Assembly (NCBI GenBank): GCA_964493715.1 | Contig: CAZBPC010000035.1 | Location: 1 to 30,815, forward strand | Reading direction: 5' to 3' | DNA length: 30,815 nucleotides | Origin: an uncultured archaeon | GTDB taxonomy: Archaea > Asgardarchaeota > Lokiarchaeia > Sigyniarchaeales > SOKP01 | Shown: positions 9,584 through 16,371 of the stretch, piece by piece | Position numbering within the stretch: position 1 is the stretch's first letter | Layout: each line of letters starts with the position of its first letter | The notes under the pieces: model-generated | Database searches by the model: none | Told to the model about the DNA's origin: nothing | The model's input: the letters and a program-made list of their open reading frames with translations, nothing else | Program-made: the position numbers and the translations under genes

Positions 9584-10381
9584 TTATTTTCTTTCTTTTC
9601 TTGATGGAATAATAGCAATTTCGTCATCATCATCAATATCATATTCTTTAACTTGAGATTTTTCATTTAATAAGATACCTCCCGATGAAAGTACGAAATC
9701 CACTTGCTCGTAATCAAACAATATTCCAATACTATCTTTAAGCTCTGCTATGAAATCTGATTTTTCAATAATAATTATTTTTGTTTTCTCGCCCGGTTCA
9801 AGAAGAGATCTAATATAAACACGTAATTTGTTTTCTATTCCAAAAGGGGTTATTGCTGGAGAAAATTTGAATGGTTCGTTAGATGCATTTTGATATTTAA
9901 TCATCTCATCAATTAATCGCTTTCTTTCAGCAGCTTCAAAATATATCATTTCTCTCAAAAAAAAGATCTTATCCATTTTTGATAATTTTAATTGATCTAT
10001 CTTATGTAATTCTTCTTGATCAAATTCTGTGAAAATAAACTCATCGATTCTTGATATATCTTCATAAGATTCTTCTGAATTTGCGTATTGATCGATTAAA
10101 GGCATAGCCTCGAAGTAATCCTCAATAAGTTGAGGGAGTGTTTGGCTAAATGTTTTCTTTTTTGGAGGATATTTAACTTTTGTTGAAGTAAACTCTTTCG
10201 AACTTTTATTAGATTGAACAACTGTATAAATTGTGCTAGTTGACAAAACAGATACGCTAGATATTGTGATAAACATAAAAATTGGAAAATTATCTATCTC
10301 CAAAAGGAAGAAAAACAGGTATATAAATGCAAAAATGATATAAAGAGATATAATCAAATATACTCGATAATTTTTCTTCAT
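9584..10381 (-). CDS. Membrane protein (2 N-terminal TM helices) with C-terminal ubiquitin-like domain lacking the terminal Gly
   Basis: Hydrophobic segments at about aa 7-28 and 33-55. The last ~82 aa align without gaps to the neighbouring Ubls (PGEK, LF, FxLSSGG, KEYDI, IAIIP; 26/81 identical to Ubl2) but end in SRKERK. Confidence 0.8.
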   Translation of the reverse strand: MKKNYRVYLIISLYIIFAFIYLFFFLLEIDNFPIFMFITISSVSVLSTSTIYTVVQSNKSSKEFTSTKVKYPPKKKTFSQTLPQLIEDYFEAMPLIDQYANSEESYEDISRIDEFIFTEFDQEELHKIDQLKLSKMDKIFFLREMIYFEAAERKRLIDEMIKYQNASNEPFKFSPAITPFGIENKLRVYIRSLLEPGEKTKIIIIEKSDFIAELKDSIGILFDYEQVDFVLSSGGILLNEKSQVKEYDIDDDDEIAIIPSRKERK

Positions 10382-10436
10382 GATTTTAGGATAGATTATT
10401 TTCTAAATTTCTAATATATAATTCAAAATATAAATT

Positions 10437-10463
10437 CAATTGGAATGACTGTGAATTTTTCAT
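10437..10463 (-). promoter_or_regulatory. 27-bp conserved promoter-proximal element, copy B, followed by TATA-like TTTATAT (10434-10428)
   Basis: Minus strand ATGAAAAATTCACAGTCATTCCAATTG, 24/27 identical to 11298..11324; lies upstream of the membrane-Ubl gene. Confidence 0.65.
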
Positions 10464-10464
10464 C

Positions 10465-11136
10465 TTAATCTCCAAAAATTAATTCTTTTAATTTATAATA
10501 TTGTTGAATATCCAATTTGAATAGTATTCTTTTTTTATCCTTTTCAATTTCAACTAATTGTAAATTGTGTAAGATTTCTAAATATTTTTTAATCGTATTG
10601 TAATTTTTCTTAAGTTTATTTGAGATATCCGATACTTTTAGTGATTCATTTTGATCTAACATAAATTCAATTATTTGTTGGACAATTTCTTGGTTTAAAT
10701 AATAATATGATTCATCTAATTCTGGATTTGAATCATAGAGGAAAACAATCCGTTGATTTCCAATATCTCTTGAACGCGTGAACTGGAACTTTTCTAAGCA
10801 TGATAGATGCCAGAGAGCTTGATTGCTTCCAATATTAATAGCTTTCATAATTTCATTAATATTTGAAGGATTTTTTTTTATATAGTTAAAGATTTCATTT
10901 CTAATAGGATGTTCAATGATATTATTTTTCATTAATTTAGTTCCAGGAATTAACCGTCGTTTTTTAATGAGATCTTTAATAGTTTTTTCAATTTTGTTTT
11001 TATTTAAATAAGGTTTTGCACGCGTCCTATTACTTATATAACCTACTATGTCTTCAATTGAAAAAAAAGGTTTTTTCTTTAAATATTCTTTAATTAAGCT
11101 GAGGATAAGAGGTTCGACCTCTTCTGGAATGCTCAT
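10465..11136 (-). CDS. Tandem winged helix-turn-helix (ArsR-like) transcriptional regulator
   Basis: HPIRNEIFNYIKKNP-SNINEIMKAINIGSNQALWHLSCLEK and LKVSDISNKLKKNYNTIKKYLEILHNLQLV: two wHTH units plus a helical N-terminal domain. Confidence 0.82.
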   Translation of the reverse strand: MSIPEEVEPLILSLIKEYLKKKPFFSIEDIVGYISNRTRAKPYLNKNKIEKTIKDLIKKRRLIPGTKLMKNNIIEHPIRNEIFNYIKKNPSNINEIMKAINIGSNQALWHLSCLEKFQFTRSRDIGNQRIVFLYDSNPELDESYYYLNQEIVQQIIEFMLDQNESLKVSDISNKLKKNYNTIKKYLEILHNLQLVEIEKDKKRILFKLDIQQYYKLKELIFGD

Positions 11137-11297
11137 AAGTTGGTTAAGGTATAAAGTTCAAATTTCTGAATTTAATTAATAAATCTTCTCTCTAAATGAT
11201 AATTTTATAGAATATATATTAATAGAACGTCATAGAATTTATAAGTATATTATAAAAGGATTCTAAAGCAATAATTCATCCTAAATTATTTGATATT

Positions 11298-11324
11298 ATG
11301 AAAACTTCAAAATCATTCCAATTG
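11298..11324 (+). promoter_or_regulatory. 27-bp conserved promoter-proximal element, copy A, followed by TATA-like TTTATAA (11327-11333)
   Basis: ATGAAAACTTCAAAATCATTCCAATTG; contains a TGAA-N3-TTCA dyad; same spacing to the TATA-like box as copy B; upstream of the Ubl2-E1-E2-JAB-RING run. Confidence 0.65.
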
Positions 11325-11401
11325 GTTTTATAATACTATTTTATCGTGATATTATTAAGTTATAAAAAAAAACTTTAAAAAAAGTAATTGGAGTGATTTG
11401 A

Positions 11402-11737
11402 ATGAGTTTTGATAACAACGATTTTGACGAGGAATTAGAACCAGTTAAGTCTAAAACCCCATCAAGTAAAGTACCCTCGACAGGAAAAAAGGTGACTCTG
11501 TACTTCATGTCTACCATTGGTCCTGGTGAAAAGAAAGAGAAACTGACCGTAAATGACGCGAATCAAGTAAATGATATCAAACAGACTTTAGGAAATTTAT
11601 TTGGTCTTGATCCAGATGAATTTCATCTCTCTTCTGGTGGAAGAACAATGGATGAAAGTCATCAATTAAAAGATTATAATGTAAGTGATGGCGACGATAT
11701 TCTATTAATCCCGGCGAGCACAGCGGGATACTTTTAA
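11402..11737 (+). CDS. Ubiquitin-like (beta-grasp) protein 2, acidic N-terminal tail, C-terminus -PASTAG-YF
   Basis: GGAGTGA RBS at 11390-11396; beta-grasp pattern ending GGRTMDESHQLKDYNVSDGDDILLIPASTAGYF; first gene of the E1-E2-JAB-RING run. Confidence 0.88.
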   Translation: MSFDNNDFDEELEPVKSKTPSSKVPSTGKKVTLYFMSTIGPGEKKEKLTVNDANQVNDIKQTLGNLFGLDPDEFHLSSGGRTMDESHQLKDYNVSDGDDILLIPASTAGYF

Positions 11738-11768
11738 ATAATTCTTTTCATACAATATAATATATGGT

Positions 11769-11808
11769 AAGGGCATAAAGCCCTTCAATTTTTTTATTTT
11801 TTTTATTT
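11769..11808 (+). terminator. Hairpin plus T-tract between Ubl2 and E1
   Basis: AAGGGC-ATAAA-GCCCTT (11769-11785) followed by caa and long T runs. Confidence 0.55.
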
Positions 11809-11814
11809 AAATTT

Positions 11815-13050
11815 ATGGTGATATTATTGACTAAGGAATCAGATTTTTTTGCTAAAGGAATGTCGGCAGAGGAAAGAGATTTGTATGATCGTCAATTTCG
11901 TCTGGAAGGTTGGTCACAAAAATTAATTAAAAACTCCAGAGTACTAATCGTTGGAGTGGGAGGGTTAGGTTGTGAAATTGCTAAAAATTTAACCATGTTA
12001 GGTGTTGGTCATATAGATCTCGTTGATTTAGATATTATTGAACATTCAAATTTTAACCGGCAGATTCTTTTTATTGGAGCAAAATTAGGAGAACCTAAAG
12101 CTATCGCAGCTGCTAAAAAATTAAAAGAAATTAATCCTAATATCACAGTAAAAGGATATCATACATCCTTAGAAAGACTAAATCCCTCCTTATACTATAA
12201 TGCAGATGTTGTTGTTGGAGGTCTTGATTCAATGAATGCGCGATTAAACTTGAATGCTCAATGTGTCCGATTTAGAAAACCATTAGTTGATGGAGGAGTA
12301 TCTGGTTATCATGGTCATATTTATACTATTTTTCCTTATCGAAATGCTTGTTATGAATGTAACCCACTACCTATTTTAGAGAATGATGAAATGGCAGCCT
12401 GTACTGTGGTTGGTATCCCTCGTAAAAGGATTCATTGTCTATTTAAAGGAGATATGGTATTCAAAGAAAAATTTGACAGGGATCCAAATCCCAAAAATAT
12501 AAATGATATAAAGTTTATTCAAAAAGTCTCAAATGAATTAGTTAATACACATAATTTCTTACCTGAATTTACTGAAGATGATATTGTAAAAATTATCGAT
12601 CGTCATGATGCAGGAATCATTACCATTAATTCAGTTATTTCTGCAATGCAATCTCATGAAGTAGTGAAGATCATTCACTGGAAAAAAGGGAATAAGGGAT
12701 TAGGAGAGCCTTTAACAAATTATGTTATATTCAATGCGATGACCATGAAATTATACCATATTGAAAAGACAAGAAATCCAGATTGTATTCAATGTGGGAA
12801 AAATGTAAGAAGAGTTGTGATAAAAATGAAACCAAATTCCTGTTGCTTGAATATAATAAAAACTTTAGAAAAAAATGGATTTAAGTTGGAATCGGAGCTT
12901 GAACCATTAATAACCTTATTAGATTTTAATGATATCACGATAATAGATCTAGAAAAGAGCGTTGCAGAAAACAACTTAAGAAATTACGAATTTTTAACAA
13001 TTGCAGGATTTATTGGGGGAGAAATTTATGTTACCCTTAAATTGAAATAA
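11815..13050 (+). CDS. Ubiquitin-like activating enzyme E1 (ThiF/UBA family, Uba3/Uba2-like)
   Basis: LYDRQFRL, VLIVGVGGLGCE, DLDIIEHSNFNRQILF, Zn pairs CYEC and CIQC, catalytic segment AACTVVGIPRKRIHC. The true start may be the TTG at 11827 behind GGTGAT. Confidence 0.92.
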   Translation: MVILLTKESDFFAKGMSAEERDLYDRQFRLEGWSQKLIKNSRVLIVGVGGLGCEIAKNLTMLGVGHIDLVDLDIIEHSNFNRQILFIGAKLGEPKAIAAAKKLKEINPNITVKGYHTSLERLNPSLYYNADVVVGGLDSMNARLNLNAQCVRFRKPLVDGGVSGYHGHIYTIFPYRNACYECNPLPILENDEMAACTVVGIPRKRIHCLFKGDMVFKEKFDRDPNPKNINDIKFIQKVSNELVNTHNFLPEFTEDDIVKIIDRHDAGIITINSVISAMQSHEVVKIIHWKKGNKGLGEPLTNYVIFNAMTMKLYHIEKTRNPDCIQCGKNVRRVVIKMKPNSCCLNIIKTLEKNGFKLESELEPLITLLDFNDITIIDLEKSVAENNLRNYEFLTIAGFIGGEIYVTLKLK

Positions 13051-13108
13051 CAAGATTTAATTAAAATTAAAATATGTAAAAATTAAAAAAAAATATGGGG
13101 TTGAGAAT

Positions 13109-13636
13109 ATGAGTATAAGAAGTAGTCGTGTTTCCCGAGATTTTGCTGGGCTAAAGAAAATGGTAAAAGATGGAAGTATTGTTCAATTAAAACCGTTTAA
13201 TCCAAAAAATAAGAGCATTGATCACTTAGCTATTACAATTAAAGGACCTAAAGGAACATCATATGCAGGAGGGTTATTTAAATTAGAAATGAAATTTCCT
13301 GCACAATATCCTAATCAACCACCTTTCGTAAGAATGCATACACCAATATGGCATCCTAATTTTTGGCCAAAACCGAGTGAATATAAGGGACAAAGAAATA
13401 TTTGTTTAGCTTTAGTCGATCCTTCCTTAGTAGGCAAAAAAGGGGGTTGGAGCCCTTCAAAAACAGCAGGTACAATTGTACAAGCAATAATTGCCATGCT
13501 AAATACTCGAGGTAAATATGTAAATCCAACTGATGTTTTTAACAAAAAGGCAGCAATAGAAATGATGAAGGATCAAAAATTATTTGAGAAAAAAGTTAGG
13601 GTTTTAGTAAAGAAATACGCAAAGGATAAGTGGTGA
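13109..13636 (+). CDS. Ubiquitin-conjugating enzyme E2 (UBC fold)
   Basis: IKGPKGTSYAGGLFKLEMKFPAQYPNQPPFVRMHTPIWHPN...NICLALV...WSPS. Confidence 0.93.
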   Translation: MSIRSSRVSRDFAGLKKMVKDGSIVQLKPFNPKNKSIDHLAITIKGPKGTSYAGGLFKLEMKFPAQYPNQPPFVRMHTPIWHPNFWPKPSEYKGQRNICLALVDPSLVGKKGGWSPSKTAGTIVQAIIAMLNTRGKYVNPTDVFNKKAAIEMMKDQKLFEKKVRVLVKKYAKDKW

Positions 13637-13640
13637 ATTT

Positions 13641-14438
13641 ATGAAAATTGATGAAAAGAATAGCGATATAATAAGAGATGCAATAAAACAAAAAATAAAA
13701 GACAAAATTAAAAAAGAAATTCTTGAAGAAGTATACACTGAATTACAACTTGAAGAATTACAAGAAGAAATAACGGCTGAAATATTTGATACGAAACCGT
13801 TAGACCATTCAGAAGGGATCAAAAAAAAATTAGAACCAATTCCAATGGAACCTGTAATAACTATAGCCAAAAGTGAAAAAATTGAAGCAAAATTACAAAT
13901 AACTGTAAAAGCTATCCTTAAGATTTCAAGTCATTCGTTGAAATACGCGAATTCTAAAATTAGGAAAGAGAACTGGGTTGAGGTGATAGGGTTACTCTCT
14001 GGTAGATATGACAATGGAATACTTTACTTAGAAGATGCATATCCGATGGGCCATGGCACTGCAGTATATGCTGAGATTAAAGATTATAATAATTTTACAA
14101 GAGCATATGAAGATATAGTAAAAAGTAAGCAATTTATTTGCGGATGGTATCATTCTCATCCCTCATATGGATGTTTCATGTCAAGAGAAGACTTAGGGAC
14201 TCAAAGGAGATATCAGAAATTTTGGGATAAATCAGTTGCTCTAGTAATTGATCCATATCAAATTAATGGAAAGTCTTTAGGTTTTGAGATCTATCGTGCG
14301 AATTTTAATACAAAAAAATGGTTTTCCGTGCCATTTGATGTAAAAGGAAGTTTAGATGTAAGAATGCTGCCCGAAATTTTGGAATTCATGAATCCTATTA
14401 TTGAAGGTAAAGCTGCATACTTAGAATATGATGAGTAA
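13641..14438 (+). CDS. JAB1/MPN+ (JAMM) metalloprotease, Rpn11/CSN5-like
   Basis: EVIGLL plus GWYHSHPSYGCFMSREDLGTQ (E...HxH-x7-S-x2-D) and ALVIDP. Confidence 0.93.
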   Translation: MKIDEKNSDIIRDAIKQKIKDKIKKEILEEVYTELQLEELQEEITAEIFDTKPLDHSEGIKKKLEPIPMEPVITIAKSEKIEAKLQITVKAILKISSHSLKYANSKIRKENWVEVIGLLSGRYDNGILYLEDAYPMGHGTAVYAEIKDYNNFTRAYEDIVKSKQFICGWYHSHPSYGCFMSREDLGTQRRYQKFWDKSVALVIDPYQINGKSLGFEIYRANFNTKKWFSVPFDVKGSLDVRMLPEILEFMNPIIEGKAAYLEYDE

Positions 14439-14467
14439 AGAAACATCTTAATTGGTGAAACTAAACC

Positions 14468-15625
14468 ATGGTAAAAAAAAAACAGAAAGCGGTTGCAATT
14501 ATTCTTTTTATCTTTTTTATAATTGGTGTGATTCATGGTTTAATTTCAGCTTCATTAAATAATTTTTTAACTTGGTTATTAGTTGGATTGTGGTTAATGT
14601 TTACAATTAAACTATATAATAATATCAAACGGCACCGTGAGTTTAATTCTCCCCATAATACTGCTTTTTTTGTGATAATTCCTTTATTAATAGGAGTATT
14701 TTATTCTATCTGGGGATCCTATACAGGAATTTTAGGTGAAAATATGATACTAGGCTCTAATTTCTATTTTAGTTTATGGAGTCTCATATTTGGTTTACCT
14801 TTTGTGATTTATGGTTCACACTCAATTTATCGGTGTTTTAAAAAATATAATGTTATATATTTTGGTACCAAATCAGTGAAAGCGAAGGGATTAGGCTATA
14901 TTTTGGCAATTTCAGTTATTATTGCAATCATTTCTTATTGGATTGCTTTTTATAGTGTGAGTGAGGTTTATTCACCATTAACACCACTTCGTTTTTCACT
15001 GGATCTTAACCTTTTACTTCTACTCATTATCACCATTTTTAACCTAATCATTTTTGGATTTGTAAGTAACCGTTCCAATATACCAGAATTGACGCGTGAT
15101 TATATCGCACAACGTACCAGACGAATTAATAGCTTAACTACTCCCTCAACACAGAATTATGGTACTAGCACAAGAAGTCGAACTGTCCAAACACCAACAA
15201 CAACCAGAACAACGACACGCACAACCACCACTAAACCCAGACCTAGAAATAAACCGACATCTCAATCTCGAAGTACAACAACAAAAACAACTAAGTCCGT
15301 TCAATCTCAAGGAGTAAGAAGTGCCCCAAGAATTAAAGATTTTAGTAAATATAAGCCCAAAGGTTCATTTCTCTCCGAAGACGACTTCAAATGCATTTTC
15401 TGTTTTAGATTACCTACACTTTCTAATGATAAAAACAGAGGAATTGTAATTTGTCCAAACTGCAGATATCCAGCTCATGCTGATGAATTTAAGGATTGGA
15501 TGAAGACTTCAAACCTTTGTTCTCGTTGTAGTGCTCCAATACCATCTGGTTTTAGGCGAAATCCTCGAATTATCACAACAAAAAATTATATTACTATTTA
15601 TACCCATTTTTTAAAGCGCAAGTAA
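14468..15625 (+). CDS. Polytopic membrane protein (about 6 TM) with Thr/Arg-rich linker and C-terminal RING-like domain; putative E3 ligase
   Basis: Six hydrophobic segments in aa 1-200; TPTTTRTTTRTTTTKPRP linker; C-x2-C-x16-C-x2-C-x4-H-x2-E-x3-W-x6-C-x2-C at 15392-15529; GGTGA RBS. Confidence 0.78.
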   Translation: MVKKKQKAVAIILFIFFIIGVIHGLISASLNNFLTWLLVGLWLMFTIKLYNNIKRHREFNSPHNTAFFVIIPLLIGVFYSIWGSYTGILGENMILGSNFYFSLWSLIFGLPFVIYGSHSIYRCFKKYNVIYFGTKSVKAKGLGYILAISVIIAIISYWIAFYSVSEVYSPLTPLRFSLDLNLLLLLIITIFNLIIFGFVSNRSNIPELTRDYIAQRTRRINSLTTPSTQNYGTSTRSRTVQTPTTTRTTTRTTTTKPRPRNKPTSQSRSTTTKTTKSVQSQGVRSAPRIKDFSKYKPKGSFLSEDDFKCIFCFRLPTLSNDKNRGIVICPNCRYPAHADEFKDWMKTSNLCSRCSAPIPSGFRRNPRIITTKNYITIYTHFLKRK

Positions 15626-15835
15626 AATAGAGATTTTGTTCAAACTCGAAACAAAACAGCAATACATCACAACTTTCAACTCCGCATTTTCACGCTAAAA
15701 TCTATCCCAACGCTTTTTCAATCGATTCTGTTAATTTTTGATAATATTATCATATACCTTATTTAATAGGAAAAATATATAAAAAAATAAAATTCATATT
15801 TATTTATAAATTCAAAAGTAAAAATGTGATTTTAA

Positions 15836-16150
15836 ATGCCAAAATGCCCATATTGTAAAGCAGAGCTCGAATTAAAGCTCGAGATAAACCCAACCCCCAT
15901 CAACGACAACTTTAAGGATGATTTAATGAAAACTTACGAGAATTTCATAGAAATTCAAGCTGAGGTTGTCCCATTTGGGGGAAAGATGATTAAAAGCATG
16001 GCAAAATATGGTCTAAAATTTGTTGAACGCTATTTAGATCGAATTGGCGCCTTACCTTTAATAATACACTCTTGTTCAAACTGCGATTCTGTAATAACCT
16101 CCGAATCCTTGGTTGATTTAATGTCTTCACGAACCTCAGGCTCCTCATAA
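15836..16150 (+). CDS. Small zinc-ribbon protein with helical insert
   Basis: N-terminal MPKCPYC and C-terminal CSNC; GTGAT upstream. Confidence 0.72.
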   Translation: MPKCPYCKAELELKLEINPTPINDNFKDDLMKTYENFIEIQAEVVPFGGKMIKSMAKYGLKFVERYLDRIGALPLIIHSCSNCDSVITSESLVDLMSSRTSGSS

Positions 16151-16371
16151 AAAAAGATGACACTTTATTTTCAGTAAAGTGGAATTTTAAATTTTTTTTC
16201 CTTATTTATCCCTTCTGAGATTGTGATTTTCTTTTAAAAATTTGTAATTAAGAATTATAAGAAAGACTTGAATCTCTCCAAATTTTTTTTAGAACGCTTA
16301 ATGTTAAGCTTGAAGGCTGAATATTTTATATGCAACCAAGTCTTTTTAAAATTAATAATTAATCATTTTTA

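Noticed and set aside
11402-13050. ThiS/MoaD-ThiF/MoeB sulfur-carrier pair serving the nearby cofactor genes
   Set aside because: The E2, JAB, RING and the Uba3-like catalytic-Cys segment point to protein conjugation, and the modifiers lack a free GG end.
6826-14438. Type II CBASS (nucleotidyltransferase plus E1/E2 plus JAB)
   Set aside because: The nucleotidyltransferase looks like the archaeal COG1665-type family rather than a CD-NTase, lies on the opposite strand 4 kb away, E1 and E2 are separate eukaryote-like proteins, and free Ubls are present as substrates.
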